A DNA stretch of 64,000 nucleotides from NCBI GenBank assembly GCA_050011875.1, contig JBEKIG010000002.1:66822-130821 (forward strand), read 5' to 3'. The notes under the pieces are model-generated. The model worked only from the letters and a program-made list of their open reading frames with translations. It searched no databases and was not told where the DNA came from. How positions within the stretch are numbered: the stretch's first letter is position 1; every line of letters starts with the position of its first letter. The translations under genes and the position numbers were made by a program. Shown piece by piece: positions 1 through 9,436 of the stretch. Source of the DNA: Nitrososphaeria archaeon. Its GTDB lineage: Archaea; Thermoproteota; Nitrososphaeria; JACIWG01.

Positions 1-285
1 CTTCAATCTTATAAATGTTCTTTATGCACTCAAAATTCAAGGTCTCTAATATTAATATCCAGTGTACATTGCACCCTATGTTTTGAGATACATGAGGTAG
101 TATTTGGATAATATATAATGAAATCAGTTCGCTCTTTTTTTCTCATAATCAATATGTTCAGGCTTAAATCTAAAAATACCTTCCATTAGTTTAGATTTCA
201 TATAGGCACGCTTATCATGTTCTGATTCCTTTACCCTAATTGTTTCCATTTGAAAGAAGGAGCTCCTTTTCCAAATCGAGCCTCC

Positions 286-1314
286 TCACATTATTGGTTC
301 AATCTGGACTTTGAGAGCTTTAGCGCTATTTACCAGGTCAAATCCTTCTTTCAGTCGATCAAGTGGAAAAGTATTGGAAACGAGTTTCTCAACATTTATC
401 TGCTTCTTTGAGAGAACTTTCAAAGCCCTCTCAACATGAGCTGTAACATGATCGTAACTTCCTGTGACCTTGAGTTCACCATAATGGATAATGTTGGGGT
501 CTAATTCAATATTCGTTTGAGGGTAGGTTCCACCGAAAAACACAATCGTGGCCGACGAAGCTACCGCTTTAAAAGCGCTTTCTATGGCAGTCCTGTTTCC
601 TGTCGCTACAATTACAGAATCAGCACCGTATCCTCCTGTGAAATCTTTAACAGCTTTGGACATATCTTCCCTCAATGGGTTCACTATTGAGTCGGCACCT
701 AGCTCGGTTGCTATTTTGAGTCTACTTTCAATAACTTCACTTAATATAACACTTGCTCCTGAAAGCTTAGTAATCTGTAGGTTAAGCAGACCCATTGGTC
801 CTCCGCCTATGATCAAAACTGTCTCACCTAGTCTTGGTGATATTATCTCATTCGCATGTAAACACACTGCAATCGGTTCTGTAAACGCAGCTTCCAAAAA
901 ACTTACACTTTCTGGGATTCTGAACAAAGATTTGGCAGGCGTCTTAGCATATTCAGCAAATCCTCTAACGATGTTACTTTTATTCTTGCACAAATTCGTT
1001 AAACCTTTTTCACAATACTTACAAATTCCGCATGAGACAATTATTTCAGGTACAACTCTATCTCCTATAGAGAAGTCCTTAACCGAACCGCCAACTTCAA
1101 CAACGTCACCACACCATTCATGCCCAGAAAGACCATAGCTTTCTTTACCATATGGAAACATCTGTCTCTTATAAACTCCTTGATAACTTCTTACATCGCT
1201 AGGGCAGATACCGATTCTTTGAACTCTTATCAATATTTCGTCTTCCCTAGGAGTTGGAATGTCGACATCTTCTATGCGGATGTCCATTGGGCTATAAAGT
1301 AATGCAGCCTTCAT
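286..1314 (-). CDS. Zn-dependent alcohol dehydrogenase family (threonine/sorbitol dehydrogenase-like MDR)
   Basis: The catalytic-Zn motif GHEWCGDVVEVG and the structural-Zn motif CGICKYCEKGLTNLC are present, as is a Rossmann glycine-rich segment (LIIGGGPMG). The start is placed at the internal MKAALLY, so the ORF-track N-terminus is probably an extension. Confidence 0.7.
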   Translation of the reverse strand: MKAALLYSPMDIRIEDVDIPTPREDEILIRVQRIGICPSDVRSYQGVYKRQMFPYGKESYGLSGHEWCGDVVEVGGSVKDFSIGDRVVPEIIVSCGICKYCEKGLTNLCKNKSNIVRGFAEYAKTPAKSLFRIPESVSFLEAAFTEPIAVCLHANEIISPRLGETVLIIGGGPMGLLNLQITKLSGASVILSEVIESRLKIATELGADSIVNPLREDMSKAVKDFTGGYGADSVIVATGNRTAIESAFKAVASSATIVFFGGTYPQTNIELDPNIIHYGELKVTGSYDHVTAHVERALKVLSKKQINVEKLVSNTFPLDRLKEGFDLVNSAKALKVQIEPIM

Positions 1315-1609
1315 CGTTTTTCTATTAAAATTAGACATGCACTTCGCGATGAAAAAAAGTGAAAATAAGTTTTTAAACTTTTCCATTAATTGATGTAGCA
1401 TCTAAAGAAGCTGAAAAGAGGGCTTAGCAATAATGGAAACATAATTAAAACTGATAAAAAATAAAGTCTAACTGACATAAAAATAAAAATAACGATTTTA
1501 ACAAAAATAATTAAACTAAATTTTTAATTAAAAACAAATTGTTGAGCGTTAAATTAATAGAAAAATGCATACAGGCATTAAAAAAAGATAAGACCAGTTA
1601 TATTCAATT

Positions 1610-2476
1610 TTAGATTTTAAGTATTTTTGATATATTACCGCCCAAAATAAGTTCTCTTTTCTTCCGATCAGGGATTGCTACATTGATTTTCATGATTTCA
1701 ACTTGCATAGATGGTCCGGGTGTATCTGTCCCAAAAACCAATTTCTCTGCTCCCGCCTTGTCCACAGCTTTCCTTAAGGACTCCACATTGTTGTTCATTG
1801 TTGTATCCAAGTAGAGGTTATCATATTTCATAGCTTTAGAAATGGCGTCTTCTGTGTTCTGCCAAAACCCCATATGCGCCATAATTAGAGGAACATCCGG
1901 GAAAGTTTCCGCCATGTCCCCAAACTGTGCCGGAGTGCAGTGAGGACAATCGCCTTGGCCGTGACTTATTATCGGGATCTTGAGCTTTGAGCATTCTTCG
2001 AATATTGCATCCGTCAGTGAATGTGCGTTAAGGGAAAAATGGTGTATGGCTGGGTGAAGTTTTAAACCCTTGAATCCTAGTTTGTTTACACACCTTTCCA
2101 GTTCCTTCACTGCTTTTTCTCTAGACCATGGGTTCACAAGTGAGAAGCCAATTAACCTACCGGGATATTTTTTTATTGATTCAAATATATAGTCATTGTT
2201 TTCGACAATATTAAATGAGTATTCAGGGAAACCGAATATGATCGCTTTGTCAACGCCTGCAATATCCATTTCGCTAATAAGCCTTTCAGGAGTTTGATAC
2301 ACTTCAAGCCCCGGTTCAGGTTTTCCTATGTGGTTGTGAACGTCTATTATCACATTTTCAGGAATAGGCTTTTGTATATTTAAGTATTGAGATTTTATAA
2401 AAAATTTTTCTACAAAAGTTTCACATTTATAATTCTTGGTTGACGCTAAAATATTTAAGCAGGTAAATTTACACAT
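1610..2476 (-). CDS. Amidohydrolase-2 family metal-dependent hydrolase (TIM-barrel)
   Basis: An N-terminal HxH motif (DVHNHIG) and a C-terminal FGTDTP Asp motif are present, typical of the PF04909-like family. Confidence 0.55.
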   Translation of the reverse strand: MCKFTCLNILASTKNYKCETFVEKFFIKSQYLNIQKPIPENVIIDVHNHIGKPEPGLEVYQTPERLISEMDIAGVDKAIIFGFPEYSFNIVENNDYIFESIKKYPGRLIGFSLVNPWSREKAVKELERCVNKLGFKGLKLHPAIHHFSLNAHSLTDAIFEECSKLKIPIISHGQGDCPHCTPAQFGDMAETFPDVPLIMAHMGFWQNTEDAISKAMKYDNLYLDTTMNNNVESLRKAVDKAGAEKLVFGTDTPGPSMQVEIMKINVAIPDRKKRELILGGNISKILKI

Positions 2477-2485
2477 AATGAAATT

Positions 2486-2890
2486 ATGAAAGTGTACAAG
2501 GAGTCTATTGATTTTAAAACGTCTAAAGGGATCAGTTTTATGGATATAACGGAGAAAATATCTGATGTAGTAAGTAATTCAAAGGTCACGAACGGTATAG
2601 TTTTTCTTTTTGCGCCACATGCAACAGGAGCCATAATAATCAACGAGTATGAGAGTCGGCTCTTGATAGATATCAGGAAATTCTTGGAGAAGCTTATTCC
2701 TATAAATGAACCCTATGAACATCCAGAGAATGCGCCATCGCACATTCTCTCTTCTTTCTTCAGACCGTCATTGGCTGTTCCTCTTACACAAGGCAGAATA
2801 CAGCTTGGAACTTGGCAGAGTATAATTTGGGTCGAAGTCGAACCTTGGTCACGCAATAGGAATGTCTATATTACAATAATTGGCGAATAA
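2486..2890 (+). CDS. YjbQ/UPF0047 family protein (secondary thiamine-phosphate synthase-like)
   Basis: The size of about 134 aa and the overall sequence pattern fit the YjbQ family. Confidence 0.5.
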   Translation: MKVYKESIDFKTSKGISFMDITEKISDVVSNSKVTNGIVFLFAPHATGAIIINEYESRLLIDIRKFLEKLIPINEPYEHPENAPSHILSSFFRPSLAVPLTQGRIQLGTWQSIIWVEVEPWSRNRNVYITIIGE

Positions 2891-2937
2891 TTTTAAATCT
2901 TAGCACTTAAAAATATATGTAATCGGCGTAGAATACC

Positions 2938-3651
2938 GTGAACATCGCCGCTGTTTCCTTTGACGTGTGGGACACTCTTCTAAGGCTCAAGCCTTTCTAT
3001 TTTAGGATTGCTAATGAAATCGGCTTAGAGAACAATAATAGCCCAACTAAGGTCTACGAAGATATGTTGAAGAATTATGCGGTGTTAAAAGAATATAGAA
3101 GTAAGGGAATGCTAAGGTATGACGATATCGTTAACCATTGTTTGGAATTGTCATCGGAGAATTTAGGTATCGATATAGAACTTCTAAAAAGGTCAATAAC
3201 GAGAACCATCCTTAATGTTGAGCCAAATGAAATTCTTGTTAAAGAAGCGCCTCAGGTATTAAGTGAACTTAAATTTCAAGGGAAACGGATTGTAACGCTT
3301 GGGAATCTTATCTTCTGGCCTGGTTATTATAATAGGATTCTTTTAGAAAGAACTGGTTTGACTAAGTACTTTGACTTTCAGCTATATGCGGATGAAATAA
3401 AATTCTCAAAGCCTAGTAAAGAAATTTTTTTGAGGTTGTGTCATGTGTTAAGTCTTGAACCTCAGAGAATTGTTCACATAGGAGATAATAAGATAGAAGA
3501 TTATGAAGGAGCATTAAATGCAGGTTTCTACGGAATCTGGCTAAATCCCTTGTATAATAATGGTGTTGAGATCGTGAATAAAAGTGCGATAGTGAATTCA
3601 ATATCTCACATACCTAAGGTTGTTAAAGTATTTGATGGGGATCTAAACTAA
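2938..3651 (+). CDS. HAD-superfamily hydrolase
   Basis: Motif I (FDVWDTLL) and a C-terminal GDN..D motif are present. Confidence 0.6.
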   Translation: MNIAAVSFDVWDTLLRLKPFYFRIANEIGLENNNSPTKVYEDMLKNYAVLKEYRSKGMLRYDDIVNHCLELSSENLGIDIELLKRSITRTILNVEPNEILVKEAPQVLSELKFQGKRIVTLGNLIFWPGYYNRILLERTGLTKYFDFQLYADEIKFSKPSKEIFLRLCHVLSLEPQRIVHIGDNKIEDYEGALNAGFYGIWLNPLYNNGVEIVNKSAIVNSISHIPKVVKVFDGDLN

Positions 3652-3692
3652 AGTACCAACCATACAATAATTTCATTTATTCATGATGTATG

Positions 3693-4148
3693 TTAATCAA
3701 TTGATATACAGGATATTGTGGCTTCATTTAATGCTATGACATCTTCTGTCCTTAATTCAAGAAGTTTTTCCCTTGTACCGCCCCCACAGAATATGGTGTT
3801 ATAATTCACTAGAGATTTGTCGATGATTGTTTTCATCTTTATTTTATGGCCGACCGAAGGAGTGGCGCCTGGAAGGAAACCGCTGATCTGTTCCGCTTGA
3901 TCAAAGGGTACGAGCCGGACTTTCTTTACGCCTAGCAAAGAAGCAACGCGATCCAGATTAACTTTCTTATCACCGGGTACAATCAACAGTATGTATTCTC
4001 CTGTATCCGTTTTAGAAACCAGGTTCTTCGTGAGTCTATTTAATTCGAGCCCGGCAACCTTAGCCGCATCCGCTGTATGAATCGTTTCAGGTTTTTCTAT
4101 AAATCGATGCCATATTTTCTTCTCTTTAAGAAATTCTTCAAGACTCAT
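3693..4148 (-). CDS. YbaK/ProX-family aminoacyl-tRNA deacylase domain protein
   Basis: The 151 aa size and the overall pattern (..HTADAAKVAG.., GATP..GH) match the YbaK/EbsC family. Confidence 0.6.
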   Translation of the reverse strand: MSLEEFLKEKKIWHRFIEKPETIHTADAAKVAGLELNRLTKNLVSKTDTGEYILLIVPGDKKVNLDRVASLLGVKKVRLVPFDQAEQISGFLPGATPSVGHKIKMKTIIDKSLVNYNTIFCGGGTREKLLELRTEDVIALNEATISCISID

Positions 4149-4280
4149 TGTCTTTCACCCATTATGCTCTAGTTTAAACGAGTTATGGTCGGCCTGATGG
4201 GCACTAAAAGATAGCGTCATGTTGCTTATTCGATATTTTCACAAAAATCAAACTAAATTCGTTTAACATATTGTATATCG

Positions 4281-4296
4281 AGCTTGATATCAAGCT
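4281..4296. promoter_or_regulatory. Perfect 16-bp palindrome AGCTTGATATCAAGCT about 150 bp upstream of the aldolase gene; candidate operator
   Basis: The sequence is exactly self-complementary, which was verified directly in the window. Confidence 0.3.
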
Positions 4297-4446
4297 TGAA
4301 TAATATAAATAGGAGGAAATAAAGGTGAACAGTTTAACCAATTCTATGTTTTTATGCTGATTCCTATAATAATTCCTAAATTTTTCATCGCCTTTTAAAA
4401 AAAGCTTATATGAGGCAAAAAGTTAGCGGTTAAACGTGATATATAC

Positions 4447-5328
4447 ATGTTAGAAAGCACAAAAGAAATGTTAGAGAAGGCGAAAGAGGAGAAATATGGT
4501 ATCGGACTATTTGTTATTTTCAATCTGTCTTTTATTAAACCAGTAATTGAAGCCGCCGAAGAAGCACATTCTCCAGTAATGATTGGAGCAACATATGGGC
4601 TCGCAGAGGCAAGTGGAGGCGAGAGCTTCCTAGCGCATATGAGGGTCGCCGCTGAAGAGGCTAAGATTCCTGTAACAGTTCACCTGGACCATGGAAAAAC
4701 CTTCGAGCAGGTGATGGCATGTTTAAAGTACGGATGGACTTCTATGATGTTTGATGCCGCGAATAAGCCTCTCAAAGAAAATATCCAATTAACACGTGAA
4801 GTGGCAAGAGCATGTCATGCTGCGGGAGTACCGATCGAAGCCGAACTTGGTGAAATGCCTGTAGTGAAAGATCAAAACAAAGCGGAATTTCCAAAGGAAA
4901 TGATGACGAAACCGGAAGAAGCAGAGATTTTTGTCAAAGAAACAGGAATCGACATATTAGCTATTTCTATAGGACAGATTCACCATTTCCCTCAGATAGA
5001 GAACGGTATGCACCCAGTGAAAAGAGTCGCAAAATTAGATTTTGAGAGACTTAAAAAAATTAGAGATGTTACAGGAAACACCTATTTGTGTATGCACGCA
5101 GGTTCACATGTGCCTTTCGAAGCTTTGGAGAAAGCTATTTCCATGGGGATTGTTAAATTAAACATTGGCACAGCTTTGTCATCGGTTTGGACAGACACCT
5201 TAAGAAAAACAATAATAGAAAACCCAAATGAAGTGATGGCGCAGAAAATAGTGGATCCTGCTGAAAAAGCGGTAAAAAAAGAAGTTTCAGAGTATCTAAA
5301 AGTTCTGGGATCAGCGGGTAAAGTATAA
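4447..5328 (+). CDS. fba: Class II fructose/tagatose-bisphosphate aldolase
   Basis: The HLDHG motif, the overall class II ketose-bisphosphate aldolase pattern and the size (293 aa) all fit. Confidence 0.7.
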   Translation: MLESTKEMLEKAKEEKYGIGLFVIFNLSFIKPVIEAAEEAHSPVMIGATYGLAEASGGESFLAHMRVAAEEAKIPVTVHLDHGKTFEQVMACLKYGWTSMMFDAANKPLKENIQLTREVARACHAAGVPIEAELGEMPVVKDQNKAEFPKEMMTKPEEAEIFVKETGIDILAISIGQIHHFPQIENGMHPVKRVAKLDFERLKKIRDVTGNTYLCMHAGSHVPFEALEKAISMGIVKLNIGTALSSVWTDTLRKTIIENPNEVMAQKIVDPAEKAVKKEVSEYLKVLGSAGKV

Positions 5329-5365
5329 GAAGTGCGCCTAGCACTCATTTATTAAATAAAATTTG

Positions 5366-5410
5366 AAGGAGAATCTTTCTCCTTCTAGGCCTCCTACTTT
5401 TTTTGTTTCT
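5366..5410 (+). terminator. Hairpin (GAAGGAGAA-TCT-TTCTCCTTC) followed by a T-tract, downstream of fba
   Basis: A 9-bp perfect stem is followed by AGGCCT and an oligo-T run, which is the archaeal-style termination signal. Confidence 0.4.
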
Positions 5411-5572
5411 TATACATATTTATCTGAATTTATTAAGAGTTTATGAAAGAACTTGTCAGATGATACTTTTCAATCAAAAACAGCTTTTTTGCTCAGGAAA
5501 TCGTTTGATGTACTTTAGAACACCAAAGCTTAATAGTTAAGAAAATAACAGTTAACAATATGTTTAATTTAT

Positions 5573-5806
5573 TTATCCTTCCATGACGATCATGGTCAAC
5601 GTTGAAATGACATTATCAAGTCGTCTAGTCCTCCAAGTTATTATCTCCTTCAACTTGTCCATTGTTTCTGCTTCGACTTTTGCTATTACGTCGTATGTGC
5701 CGTACACAACATAAGCTTCTTTTACTTCCTTTATGCTTTTTAGTTCTTTCAATATTTCTTTTTCTGTTCCTGCTTCTGAATTGATCAACACAAATGCTAT
5801 TTGCAT
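5573..5806 (-). CDS. Stand-alone Lrp/AsnC C-terminal (RAM) ligand-binding domain protein
   Basis: A 77 aa protein with a beta-alpha-beta-beta-alpha-beta pattern typical of the AsnC C-terminal domain. Confidence 0.5.
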   Translation of the reverse strand: MQIAFVLINSEAGTEKEILKELKSIKEVKEAYVVYGTYDVIAKVEAETMDKLKEIITWRTRRLDNVISTLTMIVMEG

Positions 5807-6218
5807 CTTAATCCTTAGCTTATTAATACAAAAGAATATTAAACTTTTCTTTTTCAGGCTCTGTCAAGTCTCCGTTTGGTTTTATAGGCTGTAAAAAATC
5901 GTTTGGTAGATTCTAATATTCTTGGTGTTAATTAGACTAACATGGCTTTAGTTAGATAGCTTTAAATAATGACTTTTGGTAACAAAGTTACCATAAAAAG
6001 CTTTTTATGCCATCCTTTAAAAAAGGGTGCAGGCGGTGGGGTAAGAGGTGCTTACCCCATCACCTTCTTTCTGCCATTTGGACAGTATTCAGCTATACCT
6101 TCCACGTCCCCATTTTAGTAGAAATGGCACGACAGATGCTAATATTGCAACTAACGAGTAGTCAATTGCAAATGTCACCACCATTCCTATCATGAGGGAC
6201 AGTGTGAAGGCTACTTTG

Positions 6219-7538
6219 AGGTGCAAAGTAAACCGTCGCTTTGAATTAATATACACTCAGTTATAAAGTGTTATCTTAGTATGTTGAAAGAATGGTCAAA
6301 TATCTTTGCTTGCGTTTTGAATTAGTGTTATCCACTTGTTATCTCCTTTTACTTCAATTCCACATCGATCTGCGGGTGTCTTCCCTTCTAATGCTTCATG
6401 TGGTCTTATGTAGTTATGATATATCTGATAGCCTTTAAGAATAGGTGTATCTGTTTTCTTTAATCCTCTCATAACCTTCTCTCTATCTCTTATCTCTCCG
6501 TTCATCCTCTCCATCTTATTGTTGTGAACTTCCCCACTTAACCGAATTTCTCTTATGTGCTTTGTTCTTGGGTTATGTTTAGTGTAGAACTCTTTCGTGC
6601 ATGCGTCTTGGTATGCTCGCAGTCCATCTGTTATTATGGTAAGAGGTTTTTTTCCAGATATTTCTTTTCCCATTTTGAAAAGGTTTCTTGCGTCATGAGT
6701 ATATTTTGTGTCCGCTACCTCTTGAGCAATCCAATATCTCGTTTCATCATCCATAAGAGCGAAGAGGTATTTCATATTCCCTTTAACCTTAACCCATAAT
6801 TCGTCAGCTCTCCACGTATCGCTAACATTTGGTTTCAGTTTCTCTACATAGTTTTCCATGAGTGAGATGTATTTCTTTATCCAATTATAGACGGTCTGAT
6901 GTGAGACCTCGACACCTAAGAGTCTTAAAGATTCCATCGTGTTTCTCAAAGATTCTCCGTTAAAGTATAGTTGCATAGCTGAGGTTATTGCTTGAGGGTT
7001 ATGTTTCATCTTCTCAAAACCTATGTTAATAGTAAAATATTTACCACATTCTTTACAGTAGAACTTTTGAATATCGCCAAACTTATTGTGTCTTATACCC
7101 CACTTCATCAAGTTCTGAGAGCCACAGAATATGCAACTTGAAATATTTGTGATAGGCTCAATTTTCCTAACCTCAACTTCCTTTCTTATTGAAAGGGAAA
7201 ATTCAACCGCAAAAATATGCTTACATTTCACACCTCTAAAAGTATAGTCTGGGCAAGAACATTTCCAGCCTAACTCTGTGCTGAAAACATCATAAACACC
7301 ATTACCACTTTGAGAATTAACTTTGTAAGAGTGTTCATCTATTCTCTTTACCTCTGTCCTCTTTTCACATATCATTTTCCCAAGTTGTTCACGAAGGTTC
7401 GTTTCCATTTATGCATCGCTATATACCTATACACAGGTATATTATATAAACTTATGCCTATTAGAGTGAACATTTATATACCTAAGACAAGCATAGGATT
7501 ACCATGAGCCTATTAAGCACAGCGACTTTTGCAAGTCC
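6219..7538. mobile_element. IS6-family insertion sequence (approximate ends)
   Basis: The transposase gene is flanked by imperfect inverted termini GGTGCAAAGT (left) and, reverse-complemented, GGACTTGCAAAAGT (right). Both resemble the IS6/IS26 terminal consensus GGCACTGTTGCAAA. No target-site duplication was found. Confidence 0.4.
6296..7408 (-). CDS. IS6-family DDE transposase with an N-terminal SWIM-type zinc-finger domain
   Basis: The IS6 pattern is present (DELWVKVKG..YLFALMD, then TDGLRAYQ, then NNKMERMNGEIRDR, then YHNYIRPH). N-terminal CSCPDY..CKH Cys/His clusters form the zinc finger. Confidence 0.8.
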   Translation of the reverse strand: METNLREQLGKMICEKRTEVKRIDEHSYKVNSQSGNGVYDVFSTELGWKCSCPDYTFRGVKCKHIFAVEFSLSIRKEVEVRKIEPITNISSCIFCGSQNLMKWGIRHNKFGDIQKFYCKECGKYFTINIGFEKMKHNPQAITSAMQLYFNGESLRNTMESLRLLGVEVSHQTVYNWIKKYISLMENYVEKLKPNVSDTWRADELWVKVKGNMKYLFALMDDETRYWIAQEVADTKYTHDARNLFKMGKEISGKKPLTIITDGLRAYQDACTKEFYTKHNPRTKHIREIRLSGEVHNNKMERMNGEIRDREKVMRGLKKTDTPILKGYQIYHNYIRPHEALEGKTPADRCGIEVKGDNKWITLIQNASKDI

Positions 7539-7683
7539 AAAGACGAAATCGCTTCGAGCCACTATTCCAGAGGGTATAGTGGCATACTTAGACCTCAAAG
7601 CGGGAGATAAGTTAGAGTGGAGAATGGAAATAGAGGATGGGAAAAAAGTTGTAAAGTTGCGGAAGGAAAAGAGAAGCGAATGA
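7504..7683 (+). CDS. AbrB/MazE-like swapped-hairpin DNA-binding protein (59 aa; missing from the ORF track)
   Basis: The translation MSLLSTATFASPKTKSLRATIPEGIVAYLDLKAGDKLEWRMEIEDGKKVVKLRKEKRSE has an AbrB-type core (tIPkeivayLdlkaGDkle). The stop lies 1 nt before the next ATG. The 5' end overlaps the putative right IS terminus. Confidence 0.45.
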   Translation: MSLLSTATFASPKTKSLRATIPEGIVAYLDLKAGDKLEWRMEIEDGKKVVKLRKEKRSE

Positions 7684-7684
7684 A

Positions 7685-8164
7685 ATGGCTTATTGGAAAC
7701 CAGAACTTTCAGAAGTGGACAAAAATGTGATAAGACAAGCTGACAAAATACTTTCATCCCTTGAAGGTGAATATATACTGGATTTGGAAATGGCTGAAAA
7801 AAAGGAGAAACATGGTGGTCATTTCGAAGTTACTTGGTTTAAACAAAGTTGGTTCAAACCAAAGGCGGATTATGCAACTTTATGGTCACAAACAAAAAGC
7901 GTATACCAAGAATTTAGACCTCTTAATAATTTTAAAACTGTCATATGGGCAGATAGGTTAATCAAGATATTCAACTTGTTTGAAGCAAGTGGAATATTCA
8001 AGAAAAGCGATACATTTGTCAAGTTAAAAAAATCAGAGGAGGAAATTAAAACTTTGAAGGATAAAATTGAGAAGTTAGAAAATCAAATGGCGTCTATGTT
8101 CACTGAATGCCCAAAATGTGGATATACAAAACCAGATAATGTCCTTCACAGTAGCGTAGAGTGA
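7685..8164 (+). CDS. Hypothetical protein with a C-terminal coiled coil and CPKCG zinc-ribbon
   Basis: A 159 aa ORF with no recognisable family, tightly coupled to its flanking genes. Confidence 0.4.
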   Translation: MAYWKPELSEVDKNVIRQADKILSSLEGEYILDLEMAEKKEKHGGHFEVTWFKQSWFKPKADYATLWSQTKSVYQEFRPLNNFKTVIWADRLIKIFNLFEASGIFKKSDTFVKLKKSEEEIKTLKDKIEKLENQMASMFTECPKCGYTKPDNVLHSSVE

Positions 8165-8169
8165 TTCTA

Positions 8170-8478
8170 ATGCCTAATCTTGTGAAATGCTCAAGATGCG
8201 ATAAAGTCTTTATCTGGGAGGAATTTGAGAAACATAGCTGCACCCCTTGGGTTAAAGGGTTTAAGGAAATTAGAACCCCTTTTTGGTACGAACATGAAAC
8301 ACAAGACGGGCGTAAAACCATCAACTTTGATGGACTCGATGACGGAATATCCTATAAGATAATCTTAGAAAAAGAACGGGAAGCAATCGAATACTTACCA
8401 ACCATCACCAAACGAAAATTTACAGATGAAAAACCAAACAAAGACTTGACAAAGCCCTTTTTCAACTTAAAAATATAA
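8170..8478 (+). CDS. Hypothetical C2HC zinc-finger protein
   Basis: The N-terminal motif CSRCDKVFIWEEFEKHSC is a zinc finger. The ATG at 8170 sits 5 nt after the upstream stop. Confidence 0.4.
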   Translation: MPNLVKCSRCDKVFIWEEFEKHSCTPWVKGFKEIRTPFWYEHETQDGRKTINFDGLDDGISYKIILEKEREAIEYLPTITKRKFTDEKPNKDLTKPFFNLKI

Positions 8479-8646
8479 GATATAGTATTAAACTGAACAA
8501 TAGGCTTAGTTTTACTTTCGCATACAATTTTTTCATATTTTTTAACTTTTGGAGAGAACACAAATTGAAAAATCTTCGTCAACAGGTCACAGATCGGTTC
8601 CATGAAGCACTCTAACGCCTATTAAAATACCTTATGCAACAAATTT

Positions 8647-9360
8647 CTAGGATGTACCCTGTTTTTGTTTATCCATATAGTTCTTGATGTCTTGCCGAAT
8701 CTGTTCTATTGTTTTACCCTCTATAGGTAAACCTAAGCCTTTTGCAGCCGCAAGTGTTGCTTTCATCTGGGCAGACTTCTGCTCTTCATGAATCCTCCTA
8801 GGCCGCAAAACATCAGTCTGAATCCTGAACAGGACTATAATGAAGCCGACTATGATTAGAAGAGGACCTAGAATCAAGGCATATGTTGAAGGGCCATGTT
8901 CTTCTTCAACTAGGTCAAGAGACAATAACATTATTGTGGCCTGACCTGTTCCAGATTTTCTAAATACGAAATGATAAGTATCGTTTTTATCAAACGTGTA
9001 AGAGAAAGTGCCATTTGAAGACATTTCCTTCGTATAAAAAAGAGCCACACCACTGCCATTTAGAGACCAACTCTTAAACTCATTACTATTGAAGCCTAGC
9101 ACGATGATGGTGCTTCCAGTTACAACAGTAAAGTTTCCGACAACACTAAATCCTTTCTGGATATTAAATGTAAGATTAAGGCTGGAAGGGGGGTCGGGAA
9201 TTGTATACAGTTTTCCGGGAGGTACTAACGCAGTAGAATTGTATGTAGTTTGAGAGAGACCTACTACGTCAGCAAATTGATTGAAATATTGCGAGGGCAT
9301 TAAAACAAGAATGCCTCCGATAAGTAGTAATATTAAACCAAATATAAGGAACCTTCTCAT
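8647..9360 (-). CDS. Membrane-anchored extracellular protein
   Basis: There is an N-terminal TM helix, many N-glycosylation sequons (NST, NLT, NFT, NGS, NGT, NDT), a C-terminal TM helix and a charged tail. Confidence 0.45.
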   Translation of the reverse strand: MRRFLIFGLILLLIGGILVLMPSQYFNQFADVVGLSQTTYNSTALVPPGKLYTIPDPPSSLNLTFNIQKGFSVVGNFTVVTGSTIIVLGFNSNEFKSWSLNGSGVALFYTKEMSSNGTFSYTFDKNDTYHFVFRKSGTGQATIMLLSLDLVEEEHGPSTYALILGPLLIIVGFIIVLFRIQTDVLRPRRIHEEQKSAQMKATLAAAKGLGLPIEGKTIEQIRQDIKNYMDKQKQGTS

Positions 9361-9436
9361 ACTTTTGCGATAACCGAGGACAGTTATTAAGTATTATGGT
9401 GAAAAAGTAATCTTAGGCCGTATTTTTTTAATTCAC

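Noticed and set aside
548-1138. A 196 aa ORF on the plus strand inside the alcohol dehydrogenase gene. Similar antisense ORFs occur at 13532..14044, 16360..16764, 16843..17217, 18624..18908, 21481..21756, 24152..24601, 27185..27511, 37115..37618, 61113..62442 and others.
   Set aside because: Each is fully embedded antisense or out-of-frame within a well-supported gene. Their composition is low-complexity (Ser/Pro/Leu-rich), so they are shadow ORFs.
4279-4298. The AAGCTTGATATCAAGCTT-like sequence as cloning-vector contamination (HindIII-EcoRV-HindIII).
   Set aside because: The flanking sequence is native AT-rich intergenic DNA with a normal promoter and gene context. Only the core 16 bp is palindromic.
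6196-7546. 8-bp target-site duplication flanking the IS6 element.
   Set aside because: The bases flanking the proposed termini are ACTTTGAG on the left and AAAGACGA on the right, and they do not match. The ends remain approximate.
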